This document shows positions 13,115-20,696 of a stretch of 32,000 nt of DNA, piece by piece (the first letter of the stretch is position 1; each line of letters starts with the position of its first letter). The position numbers and the translations under genes are program-made. This DNA is from an uncultured Bordetella sp. (GTDB lineage: Bacteria; Pseudomonadota; Gammaproteobacteria; Burkholderiales; SG8-39). The notes below the pieces were generated by a model that was not told the DNA's origin, ran no database searches, and saw only the letters and a program-made list of their open reading frames with translations. The stretch lies in assembly GCA_964599095.1 (NCBI GenBank), contig CAZREB010000017.1, positions 7,203 through 39,202 of the forward strand, in the 5' to 3' direction.

Positions 13115-14227
13115 TCAGCGCATCATGCGCCAGTACTGCCACTTCATCGTCGCCGCCGATCCGCCTATGATCGCGACAAAGGTGATGATTGATCCCAATG
13201 CCAGTGTCGAGAATCCGGAAATCCCCTGTCCGATGGTGCAACCAAGCGCGGTCACACCGCCGAATCCCATGAGCGTGCCGCCGATCATGTGGTTGGCGGT
13301 GTCTTCAGCGTCGCGGAAACTCTCCCACCGAAACGTTCGCGTGGCAAGCGAGTAGGCGGTCGAGCCGACGATCACCCCAGCCGCAGAGGCGATGCCATAG
13401 GTGATGATCCTGCTCTTATCGGTCCAGAACATCAGGTATTCGAGGGCATAGGCTATTGGCGCGACGAACGAGAACGACTCCATGCGTCCGGAGTTGGTCG
13501 CGACAAAAACCTCCTCCAGCGTCTTCGGGTCTTCCGCGACGTAGCCGATGCTGCCGCTCACATACCAGCCGGCGACGATCACCAGGCCCGTGACTGCGCC
13601 GCCCAGCGTGTAGTCGAAATTCGCACGAAAGTCCTTCGACATGTAGACAAAAGCAATCAGGCCTGCGCCGGCCAGAAGGCTCAGCCAGAGGATCCAGGCG
13701 CTTAGCTGTCCGCCGAATACTCTGGAGAAGATAGCCGGCAGGTCCTGATTGCCTGCAAGGGTGATGGTCGCCTTCTCCAGCACGCCGACACGGAAGGAGC
13801 CGAACAACCCGCGCAGCGTCATATAAGCCGCGACGCCGAGGAACATGAACACGACGACGGACTTGAGATTGCCGCCGCCGATCCGGATCAGGGTCTTCGC
13901 GCCGCACCCTGATCCCAGCGTCATGCCCACGCCGAACAGGAATCCGCCGACCACGTAGGACAGCCAGGTGAATCGAGGCCCCTGGTACAGAGACTTGGAA
14001 AGATCGACCGCCCCCGCGAGGTGCAGGGCATTGGCGCCGAGAATCGCCACGGCGATCGCGAGCAACCACATGCGAAGGCGGCTCGTCTCTCCCATATTCA
14101 CCCAGTCGGACACCGCGCCCATGGTGCAGAAGTTCGTTTTCGCGCCTATTGCGCCAAAGACTGAGGCGAGCGCGAAGGCCGCGCCCGCAACGTACGGTGC
14201 GAGTTGCGCCGGACCGATCTCGTTCAT
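13115..14227 (-). CDS. yeeE: YeeE/YedE-family sulfur-compound (thiosulfate-type) transporter
   Basis: 370 aa and polytopic. The three conserved Cys-containing re-entrant motifs of the family are present: 'TNFCTMGAVSDW', 'GSGCGAKTL' and 'ALGCTIGQGISG'. It sits directly downstream of a TusA/YeeD-like gene. Confidence 0.9.
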   Translation of the reverse strand: MNEIGPAQLAPYVAGAAFALASVFGAIGAKTNFCTMGAVSDWVNMGETSRLRMWLLAIAVAILGANALHLAGAVDLSKSLYQGPRFTWLSYVVGGFLFGVGMTLGSGCGAKTLIRIGGGNLKSVVVFMFLGVAAYMTLRGLFGSFRVGVLEKATITLAGNQDLPAIFSRVFGGQLSAWILWLSLLAGAGLIAFVYMSKDFRANFDYTLGGAVTGLVIVAGWYVSGSIGYVAEDPKTLEEVFVATNSGRMESFSFVAPIAYALEYLMFWTDKSRIITYGIASAAGVIVGSTAYSLATRTFRWESFRDAEDTANHMIGGTLMGFGGVTALGCTIGQGISGFSTLALGSIITFVAIIGGSAATMKWQYWRMMR

Positions 14228-14339
14228 GCCGTTACGCTCCCAGATTCATCCGCTCCGACGCGGGTGCCGCCATCGCTCCCGTCGCACGGGTCCTCGCGAA
14301 GATCGCTGCCATTGCCCGCGGCGATCGCAGGTGACGGAC

Positions 14340-14567
14340 TTACTTGCGCTTCATCAGGACGATGAATTCCTTGTTCGCCTCGGTTTGCGAAATCAGTTCG
14401 TTGCCGGTCTGCTTGCAGAAGGCTTGGAAATCCTTCACCGAACCCGGGTCGGTGGCGGTGATCCGGAGGATCTGCCCGGGTAGCATGTCGGTGAGCGCCT
14501 TCTTTGCACGCAGGATGGGGAGCGGACAGTTGAGACCGCGCGCGTCGAGGTCCTTGTCGAAGTTCAT
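14340..14567 (-). CDS. tusA: TusA/SirA/YeeD-family sulfur carrier (75 aa)
   Basis: Starting at the ATG at 14567, 'MNFDKDLDARGLNCPLPILRAKKAL...' contains the canonical CPxP active-site motif. The size and single-domain architecture are typical of the family. Confidence 0.9.
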   Translation of the reverse strand: MNFDKDLDARGLNCPLPILRAKKALTDMLPGQILRITATDPGSVKDFQAFCKQTGNELISQTEANKEFIVLMKRK

Positions 14568-14629
14568 TTCAGGTTGCCTTGTGGGGGAAGAAGGAGGTGC
14601 TGGTTGTACCCGGTCGGGGACCCGACAGG

Positions 14630-14905
14630 TCAGGCGTAGCGTGCAAGAAGTTCGGCAACGTGTTCGGCGCTTGCCTCCCGCTCGTCGCTGCGCTGCGCTG
14701 CGCCTGCCTTGATCATGCACGCGACCATCTCGTAGAACGCACGATCGAGCGCCTTGCGAGCCGCCGAAAGTTGCTGCGCGATGTCTTCGCATTCCTGGTC
14801 GCCGTCGATCATCCTGCGCACGGCTCGCACCTGGCCCTCGATGCGTGCGAGCCGCGCGAGCATTGCCTGCTTGGCTTGCGCACTATGCATTTGCGCGCCG
14901 GTCAT
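14630..14905 (-). CDS. CsoR/RcnR/FrmR (DUF156) family transcriptional repressor, 2-Cys type (candidate persulfide or redox sensor)
   Basis: ATG at 14905 with an AGGAGA RBS (plus-strand TCTCCT, 14913-14918). The 91-aa protein carries the family signature 'RLARIEGQVRAVRRMI...CEDIAQQLSAARKALD'. It is the first gene of a minus-strand string that continues with tusA and yeeE. Confidence 0.85.
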   Translation of the reverse strand: MTGAQMHSAQAKQAMLARLARIEGQVRAVRRMIDGDQECEDIAQQLSAARKALDRAFYEMVACMIKAGAAQRSDEREASAEHVAELLARYA

Positions 14906-14918
14906 GGTGTTTTCTCCT

Positions 14919-14934
14919 ATACCCTGGATAGTAT
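14919..14934. promoter_or_regulatory. Candidate CsoR-type operator 1 (ATACCCTGGATAGTAT)
   Basis: An ATAC-N8-GTAT pseudo-palindrome with a C-tract, immediately upstream of the regulator's RBS. It resembles the ATACCC...GGGGTAT architecture of known CsoR/CstR operators. A related site lies 124 nt away. Confidence 0.4.
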
Positions 14935-15042
14935 CGATGCGATCGAAGTCACGCAAGATGTCGTCGAAAAATTGGGTCACTATATCAATATGGTATGTTG
15001 CTTTGCAGCGAATTCGATGCTCTGCCATGATAGCTGTTGCGA

Positions 15043-15059
15043 ATACTGTATGGGGGTAT
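15043..15059. promoter_or_regulatory. Candidate CsoR-type operator 2 (ATACTGTATGGGGGTAT)
   Basis: An ATAC-N9-GTAT pseudo-palindrome with a G5 tract, 38 nt upstream of the DsrE2-like ATG. The reverse complement of operator 1 (ATACTATCCAGGGTAT) aligns with it. Confidence 0.4.
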
Positions 15060-15096
15060 TAGCCTTCATCCACGCTGAATGCCCGGGAGCCCAGAC

Positions 15097-15699
15097 ATGG
15101 CCGCGCAAATCGATACCGAGACGCTAGACCGCCTGATCAATGAGCGCCTCGACGCGCTGCTGCCGGGCAAATTGGCCGCCCTGGACGCGGCCAGGACGCC
15201 GTCGATGACCATCATTGCGACCAAGGGGACGCTGGACTGGGCCTATCCCCCGTTCATCCTTGCTTCGACCGCCGCCGCGCTCGGCTGGGAAGTTTCGGTG
15301 TTTTTCACCTTTTACGGCCTGACGCTGCTCAAAAAGGACCTCGACCTCAATATCAGCCCGCTCGGCAATCCGGCCATGCCGATGAAGATGCCTTTCGGGC
15401 CGGACTGGTTCAAGAGTGTTGAATGGAACATCCCGAACGCCGTCCAATCGATCATCCCCGGCTTCGAGAACTTGGCCACCGGCCTGATGAAGCAGACCAT
15501 CAAGAACAAGGGCGTGGCAAGCATCGCCGAATTACGCCAGGCCTGTGTGGAGTCGGACGTGAATCTGCTCGGCTGCCAGATGACGGTGGACCTTTTCGGG
15601 TTCACCCATGACGATTTCATTCCGGAAGTCAAAGAGTACTGTGGCGCCGCCTCGTTCCTTGGGCGCGCGCAAAAAGCCGATGTCAATTTGTTTATCTAG
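15097..15699 (+). CDS. DsrE2-like / DrsE_2-family sulfur-relay protein
   Basis: ATG at 15097 with GGGAG 7 nt upstream (an alternative ATG lies at 15079). 'MTIIATKGTLDWAYPPFILASTAAALGWEVSVFFTFYGL' matches the DsrE/F-like fold with a hydrophobic segment. The Cys pair 'ACVESDVNLLGCQMTVD' is conserved. It is divergent from the CsoR-like gene. Confidence 0.7.
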   Translation: MAAQIDTETLDRLINERLDALLPGKLAALDAARTPSMTIIATKGTLDWAYPPFILASTAAALGWEVSVFFTFYGLTLLKKDLDLNISPLGNPAMPMKMPFGPDWFKSVEWNIPNAVQSIIPGFENLATGLMKQTIKNKGVASIAELRQACVESDVNLLGCQMTVDLFGFTHDDFIPEVKEYCGAASFLGRAQKADVNLFI

Positions 15700-15774
15700 A
15701 TCGCTGCAGCGACGGGTTCGTTGCGCAAGGCGAGTTGGCGCCGAAGGAAAACGCCGGGCGGCTCGATGACGGCA

Positions 15775-15800
15775 GCGTCGGGAGACGATTCCCCCGACGC
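15775..15800. terminator. Possible hairpin between convergent genes
   Basis: 8-bp stem GCGTCGGG / CCCGACGC (15775-15782 paired with 15793-15800) with a 10-nt loop. It lies in the 105-nt gap between the DsrE2-like and tandem-TusA stops. There is no U-tract on either side. Confidence 0.3.
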
Positions 15801-15804
15801 CCGA

Positions 15805-16293
15805 TCAGGCCTTGCGGATATGGAACTCGTACTCTCCGGGCGCGACTTCACGGGTGTCGAGCAGTTTGTGGCCGGTGGCTTTTGCCCAACTGCGCAAGTC
15901 CGCCCGGATTCCCGAGCAATTTCCGAGAAGACGAAGCACCTCGCCTTTGCGCATGCCGTCCAGCAGCTTCTTTGCCTCGATGATCGGACCAGGACAAGTT
16001 GCTCCGCGCATATCGAGTACGGAATTCGGTGACACCCGGCCGCCCTTGCCTTTGCGAATGTAATAACCGAACCCGCCTTGGGGCCGCTTCGCGACCTTCA
16101 GCACCTCGACATCGCTATACTTGGGCCACGAGCGCAGATCGTCCCGGGTGGCCGGGCAATCGGAAATCAGCAACATGACTTCGCCCGCAAGCAGTTCGTC
16201 GAGGACTCTCTTGGCGCCGAGCAGCGGACCTGGACAGGCGAGCCCCGAAAGGTCGAGGGTGAGATGCGGTTTCGGAAGGGCCGATTTGGCCAT
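15805..16293 (-). CDS. Tandem (two-domain) TusA-family sulfur carrier, 162 aa
   Basis: I chose the ATG at 16293; the rest of the 472-aa track ORF is Arg-rich shadow. There are two TusA modules, each with a CPxP motif: 'LDLSGLACPGPLLGAKRVL' and 'LDMRGATCPGPIIEAKKLL'. Each is followed by a parallel '...DLRSW.K' segment. Confidence 0.85.
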   Translation of the reverse strand: MAKSALPKPHLTLDLSGLACPGPLLGAKRVLDELLAGEVMLLISDCPATRDDLRSWPKYSDVEVLKVAKRPQGGFGYYIRKGKGGRVSPNSVLDMRGATCPGPIIEAKKLLDGMRKGEVLRLLGNCSGIRADLRSWAKATGHKLLDTREVAPGEYEFHIRKA

Positions 16294-16338
16294 GGGCGCC
16301 CCCTTCGGTGCGGCATTTGCTCGCAACACTATACACAG

Positions 16339-17364
16339 ATGATGCAAAATTTTCCGCAGATCGCGAGTACGGTGCAGCGTAACTGCGACATCTCCGATGC
16401 ACGCCACGCGGGGGACTACGGCCTGTGCATATTCCTGCTCAAGATGCGCGAGTTCTATCGCTGGGAGAACGAACTGCCGTTCGCGCGTAAGCTTTCGAAG
16501 GAGCAACTTGGCGAATGGCTGGCGGCCCGCGAGCAACTGTGGGACGGCATCGAGTCGGACGAGTTCCTTCCGCTCCCGCTTGCGAACCGTGAGATTGACC
16601 CGTTCGACGTCGATACTGCCAATCGCGCATTGCTGCCCCACGGCTACGTTTACAGCGCTGGCTTGGGACGCTTTGGTAAGCCGGTGTTCTTCCTCGGCGA
16701 GCTGCAGCGGGTAGAAACGAGATCGGGTTGCACGGTGCTCGTATCGTCTTGCGAGCACGCGCGCGAACTGGCCGCACCGCCCGCGATGCTGCAAGGACGG
16801 ACGATCTTTCTGCGGCAGGAGTCGTTGCGCCGCTACCTGTGGGAAAAGATCGAGGATTGGCAGTGGCACAGGCGGGACAACGCCACGGGGCGCGCCATGG
16901 CCCGCTATGGATTCGTCGCGGACCCTGAGGCGGCTCTGCGGCGCATGGCCGAAGATGCCGCCGAAGCGATGATTCTTCATGAGGTCGGCGAAGCCATGGC
17001 GGGAGCGCTGATCGGCGACGAGTGGCACGATCGGGTGCTGGCCGGAACGAATCCGCAGGTCGAATCGCTTGCGCGGTCGGTCCGCGACCTGCTCGCCGAC
17101 TGCCTGTCTACCTTGCCTGCGCTGATCAGGAATCCCGACGCGAAAGTGCTGCACCTTTACTTTGCCACCCTGGACGCGCCGCGTCGCCAAATGTTCCCCG
17201 AGGTGCTCGATGCCTACGAGCACTTTGTGCTTTCAGGCGCGCGCGACCGCTTGTCGCGACTCGCAAGCGAGGGCGCGGAACACTGGCTGTCGGTTGCGCG
17301 AGGCCTCGTGGCACTCGATCCGCCCGCTCTCGAGGCCACGCTGAAGGCGTTGGTCAGAGGATGA
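16339..17364 (+). CDS. Conserved-looking hypothetical protein (341 aa), family not recognised
   Basis: The ATG at 16339 is the first start downstream of the divergent tandem-TusA gene. The composition looks coding ('GDYGLCIFLLKMREFYRWENELPF...') and a rhodanese gene follows on the same strand. The start is uncertain (another ATG lies at 16444). Confidence 0.6.
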   Translation: MMQNFPQIASTVQRNCDISDARHAGDYGLCIFLLKMREFYRWENELPFARKLSKEQLGEWLAAREQLWDGIESDEFLPLPLANREIDPFDVDTANRALLPHGYVYSAGLGRFGKPVFFLGELQRVETRSGCTVLVSSCEHARELAAPPAMLQGRTIFLRQESLRRYLWEKIEDWQWHRRDNATGRAMARYGFVADPEAALRRMAEDAAEAMILHEVGEAMAGALIGDEWHDRVLAGTNPQVESLARSVRDLLADCLSTLPALIRNPDAKVLHLYFATLDAPRRQMFPEVLDAYEHFVLSGARDRLSRLASEGAEHWLSVARGLVALDPPALEATLKALVRG

Positions 17365-17442
17365 GCCGGGTCTGCGAGGCGATTCAGGGACCCGGAAGCC
17401 GGCCGGGCGCAGCCACGCGTTGTGGGGGATAATGCAGGGCTC

Positions 17443-17838
17443 ATGGAACATCTCGATCCCAGGCAGGCCTACGAGTTTCTCAAGAAGCAAGCAGACGCCC
17501 TGTTCATCGACTGCCGCAGCGAAATGGAGTACCTGTTCGTCGGTCATCCAGTCGGTGCGTTGCACGTGGCGTGGAACGACGGTCCGGACTGGGAGGTCAA
17601 CCCACACTTCGTTGGGCAGGTGAAGAAACTCGCAGGCACCGACCACGCGACGCGCCCCATCGTGCTCATTTGCCGCAGCGGTAACCGGTCCAGGGAGGCC
17701 GGAGAAGCACTCGAGCGCGCCGGCCTCAGGAATGTCTACAACGTCGCGCACGGCTTCGAGGGTGAGTTGAACGACAATCACCAGCGCAGCACGCTCGCCG
17801 GCTGGCGCCACGCGGGGCTGCCATGGGAGCAGTGCTGA
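17443..17838 (+). CDS. Single-domain rhodanese-like sulfurtransferase
   Basis: 'LFIDCRSEMEYLFVGHPVGALHV' plus the active-site loop 'ICRSGNRSREAGEAL' (CRxGxR type). I prefer the ATG at 17443 to the track's GTG at 17422. Confidence 0.9.
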   Translation: MEHLDPRQAYEFLKKQADALFIDCRSEMEYLFVGHPVGALHVAWNDGPDWEVNPHFVGQVKKLAGTDHATRPIVLICRSGNRSREAGEALERAGLRNVYNVAHGFEGELNDNHQRSTLAGWRHAGLPWEQC

Positions 17839-17866
17839 CCTGGCTTGAAGTCAGTTCTGCGGAGCA

Positions 17867-18478
17867 CTAAGCCTGAGGCGCGGGGGCGGCGGGTACCGTT
17901 CGCTCAATGAGCTTCCGTACCAGAAGCACCATTTCCGGGGCTTCGATGTCCATCATCTGCTCGGTGACCCATTTGTTGTCGCCGCCCGCGTCGAGATCCG
18001 ACACCATCGCATCGGACACCTTGTCCGAAAAGTAGCTCAGGCAGGCATAGTCGGGAGCAGCCCCGGGAAAATCGAAGGTTGCATAGTCCGCGAAACGTGC
18101 ATTGAGAAGGCTGATGAAAGGCTTGAGGTAATCGCCTGGACCGAGCAGGTCCTGCTGGTTGTTCTCCATGGTCGCGGCCAGGTGGCGGACGGTTTCGGCG
18201 ATCAACGTCGCGCGGTCGGCTTCCGGAATCTTTGCGTACACCGACCGATCGATCAGCTGGACGAGGAACGCAATGAATTCGGTGAGCACGTTCGTTACCG
18301 TTCGGTCGGACCCAAAGCGGAAGCCCTCCCTTTCCATGTGCTTGAAGACTTCGAGCGCGATCTTCCAGACATTCGCGCCGAGAATGCCGGCAACCTCCGG
18401 CAGCGTGCGGGTGCCGTTCTTGCGCCAGCGGGTCTTGACGAGCGCCACCGAAGGGCGACTGCTGCTGAGGATGGCCAT
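17867..18478 (-). CDS. Hypothetical protein (203 aa), family not recognised
   Basis: ATG at 18478 with AGGAA 4 nt upstream. The composition is acidic and helical and looks coding. It is convergent with the rhodanese gene and divergent from the Sel1 operon. Confidence 0.5.
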   Translation of the reverse strand: MAILSSSRPSVALVKTRWRKNGTRTLPEVAGILGANVWKIALEVFKHMEREGFRFGSDRTVTNVLTEFIAFLVQLIDRSVYAKIPEADRATLIAETVRHLAATMENNQQDLLGPGDYLKPFISLLNARFADYATFDFPGAAPDYACLSYFSDKVSDAMVSDLDAGGDNKWVTEQMMDIEAPEMVLLVRKLIERTVPAAPAPQA

Positions 18479-18649
18479 GATTCCTGTCCGGACGATGGTG
18501 AGTGAGGATACCAGCGGGCGAACCAACGCCGCGCTCGGAGCGCGAATCCGGCAGAGTCGCTAAACTACGCGCAATTGAGCGATATTTGAAGCAGCCTTCG
18601 ACCCGTCGGCGCGGCCGCGACGATGCGTTCCGAAGCGCCGGAGAAAACG

Positions 18650-19078
18650 ATGTCGGGACTGGACATGGAGCTGGCCAGCGGCATAGCCGCGTTCGAGGCC
18701 AAGGAGTTCGCCCGGGCGATGCAGTTGCTGCGTCCTTTGGCCGAATCCGGGGATCCGCGGGCGCAATACCGCGTCGCCATCATGGCGCAGGTCGGTTTGG
18801 GCATGGTCAAGGATTGCGCCACCGCGGTCCGGTGGATGAGCGCGGCTGCCGATCAAGGCTTTGCGCTTGCTCAGCACGGACTCGGATTCATGTACTTTCA
18901 GGGCGAGTGCACTCGCGCAGATGCTGCGCAAGCGGCGCGATGGTTCAAGCTCGCTGCCGACCAGGGCATGGCGGGCTCGCAGGCGATGCTGGCGACGATG
19001 TACGAGAAGGGCGTAGGCGTGGAGCGCAACGCCGCGGAAGCCGCCAAGTGGCGCGAACGGTCCGGACAATCGTCCTGA
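18650..19078 (+). CDS. Sel1-like repeat (SLR/TPR-like) protein
   Basis: ATG at 18650 with a GGAGA RBS at 18640-18644. There are three consecutive Sel1 repeats: 'GDPRAQYRVAIMAQVGLGMVKDCATAVRWMSAAADQGFALAQHGLGFMYFQGE...AAQAARWFKLAADQGMAGSQAMLATMYEKGVGVERNAAEAAKW'. Confidence 0.8.
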   Translation: MSGLDMELASGIAAFEAKEFARAMQLLRPLAESGDPRAQYRVAIMAQVGLGMVKDCATAVRWMSAAADQGFALAQHGLGFMYFQGECTRADAAQAARWFKLAADQGMAGSQAMLATMYEKGVGVERNAAEAAKWRERSGQSS

Positions 19079-19080
19079 AC

Positions 19081-19404
19081 ATGCGATTCAGGGTGGTGGT
19101 CGGCCAGCAGGTCTATGCGATCGAGGTTCCCGAGGATCTCCTGCAGCAGGCCGGCGAGTTCCACAGCCGCCTCGACCGCGACATGGACCGCGGCTGGCAG
19201 ATGAGCCGCGAATTCGTTGCGCTGCCCGACCGGCTGCAGCGCTGCCAGATCGTCGCCGAAAGACTGCTCACCAGCCTGCACAACGGCAACGCGGCGAGCG
19301 CCATGCTGATGGCAGGGTATATCGCTATCCGCATGCCGGGCGCCGTAGGGGTCGACATCGACGACTGCGGCGAGATCCAGAACACCGAAGTGCTCTTTTC
19401 CTAG
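19081..19404 (+). CDS. Hypothetical protein (107 aa)
   Basis: The ATG lies 2 nt after the Sel1 stop, and the next gene starts 3 nt after its own stop. That tight packing supports a real gene. No family recognised. Confidence 0.5.
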   Translation: MRFRVVVGQQVYAIEVPEDLLQQAGEFHSRLDRDMDRGWQMSREFVALPDRLQRCQIVAERLLTSLHNGNAASAMLMAGYIAIRMPGAVGVDIDDCGEIQNTEVLFS

Positions 19405-19407
19405 GCA

Positions 19408-20001
19408 ATGACGTTCTCCGGCGGCAGGCTGCGTGAAATCAGGCCGCTCAGCTTCATCTACGAGGCGGTCGAGGCACTGCCGGCCGACGTCTGCACCGAA
19501 GTGATCCGGCGGTTCGAATCGCTGGCCGACCAGCAATACCGCGGCCGCATCGGCGAGGGCGGGATGGAGGCCCCCGCGGTCAAGCGCTCGACCGACTTGC
19601 ATATAAGCGGGCGCGACGGCTGGAGCGACATCGACCGGACGTTGGCGCGGCAACTCGTATTGGCACTCAATGCGCTTGCCGGCGAATTTCCGTTCTTCGC
19701 CGCCAATTCGTTCAAGGACCTCGGTTACAACATACAGCGAACGCTGCCGGGGGAGTTCTATCACTGGCACGTGGACTCGGGGCCGGGAGCATTCAGCCAG
19801 CGCCAGCTGGTCGCAATCTGGTACCTGAACGATGTCCCGGGTCCCGGCGGAGAAACCGAGTTTCCGCTCCAGCAGGTCTTGATCCGGCCGGCACAGGGCA
19901 AGCTGGTCCTGTTCCCGCCTTTCTGGACGCATGTACACCGCGGCGTCACGCTGCAGGCAGGCGTCAAGTACATTGCCACCACGTGGATCAGTTTTGCCTG
20001 A
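19408..20001 (+). CDS. 2OG-Fe(II) oxygenase superfamily protein (prolyl-4-hydroxylase-like)
   Basis: The HxD...H facial triad sits in the expected context: 'FYHWHVDSG' ... 'LVLFPPFWTHVHRGV'. The double-stranded beta-helix signature 'LVAIWYLNDVPGPGGETEF' is also present. Confidence 0.8.
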   Translation: MTFSGGRLREIRPLSFIYEAVEALPADVCTEVIRRFESLADQQYRGRIGEGGMEAPAVKRSTDLHISGRDGWSDIDRTLARQLVLALNALAGEFPFFAANSFKDLGYNIQRTLPGEFYHWHVDSGPGAFSQRQLVAIWYLNDVPGPGGETEFPLQQVLIRPAQGKLVLFPPFWTHVHRGVTLQAGVKYIATTWISFA

Positions 20002-20013
20002 ACGGAGCAGACT

Positions 20014-20688
20014 TTGCTGCTAGCGATTCCGAAGGTCCTCAAACCCGATGAGCTGCAGCTAGCGCGCGCGTGGCTTGCCGACGCCCCGTTCGTCGACGGG
20101 CGATTGTCGGCAGGGTCCGCGGCGCAGAGGGTGAAGAGCAATCAGGAGGTCGATCGAACCGCACCGGACCTGGAGCGGCTCAACCGCCTTGTCATGGGCA
20201 ACCTCGTGCGCCACCCGCTCTATCGCGCGGGAGCGCTTCCGTTGCATGTGGCCAGCCCGTTCTATGCGCGTTGTCGCCCAGGCATGGCGTACGGAGATCA
20301 CCTCGACGACCCGATCATGGGAGCGGATGGCGTAATGTATCGGTCGGATATCGCCGTCACGGTATTTCTGTCGGCGCCCGAGGAGTACGATGGCGGTGAG
20401 CTTGTCATTCGCGCTGCGGCGGGCGAGCGAGCGGTCAAGTCGGCGGCGGGCGATGCCGTGCTCTATCCGGCGAGCAGTATCCACCATGTCAATCCGGTGA
20501 CGCGCGGCGAGCGCCTGGTGGCGGTGACTTGGTTGCAGAGCCTGGTGCGCGATCCCCTGCGGCGCGAATTGCTTTTCGGGCTCAACGAGGCACGCGAGAG
20601 CCTCCTGAGGCGTGAGCCTGATGCGCCGGAGACCGCGCAAGTCAGTGCCGCGTACATGAACCTGATTCGCATGTGGTCGGATATTTGA
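20014..20688 (+). CDS. PKHD-type Fe(II)/2OG hydroxylase (PiuC/YbiX family)
   Basis: TTG start with GGAG 6 nt upstream. The N-terminus 'MLLAIPKVLKPDELQLARAWLADAPFVDGRLSAG' is characteristic of the PiuC/YbiX family. 'YGDHLDDP' (HxD) and 'SSIHHVNPVTRGERL' (distal His/Arg) are present. Confidence 0.85.
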   Translation: MLLAIPKVLKPDELQLARAWLADAPFVDGRLSAGSAAQRVKSNQEVDRTAPDLERLNRLVMGNLVRHPLYRAGALPLHVASPFYARCRPGMAYGDHLDDPIMGADGVMYRSDIAVTVFLSAPEEYDGGELVIRAAAGERAVKSAAGDAVLYPASSIHHVNPVTRGERLVAVTWLQSLVRDPLRRELLFGLNEARESLLRREPDAPETAQVSAAYMNLIRMWSDI

Positions 20689-20696
20689 GGTTTGCG

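Noticed and set aside
16294-17223. N-terminal 310 aa of the 472-aa minus-strand track ORF (15805-17223) and the first 87 codons of the plus-strand ORF starting at 16078
   Set aside because: Only the last 162 aa of the minus-strand ORF (two TusA domains, ATG at 16293) look like protein. The rest is antisense to the 341-aa gene. Likewise the 16078-16338 extension of the plus-strand ORF is antisense to the TusA gene.
17366-17395. Hairpin CCGGGTC-N16-GACCCGG between the 341-aa gene and the rhodanese gene
   Set aside because: The stem is only 7 bp with a 16-nt loop and there is no U-tract. In GC-rich DNA this is expected by chance and is not convincing as a terminator or attenuator.
18502-19080. 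First 193 codons of the 300-aa plus-strand ORF 18502-19404
   Set aside because: This part is an alternative frame across the Sel1-repeat gene with an Arg/Gly-rich translation. Only the 3' part from the ATG at 19081 is non-overlapping and tightly packed with its neighbours.
18898-19938. 346-aa minus-strand ORF across the Sel1, unknown and 2OG-oxygenase genes
   Set aside because: It is antisense to three plus-strand genes that have good RBS spacing and recognisable motifs. It has no motifs of its own.
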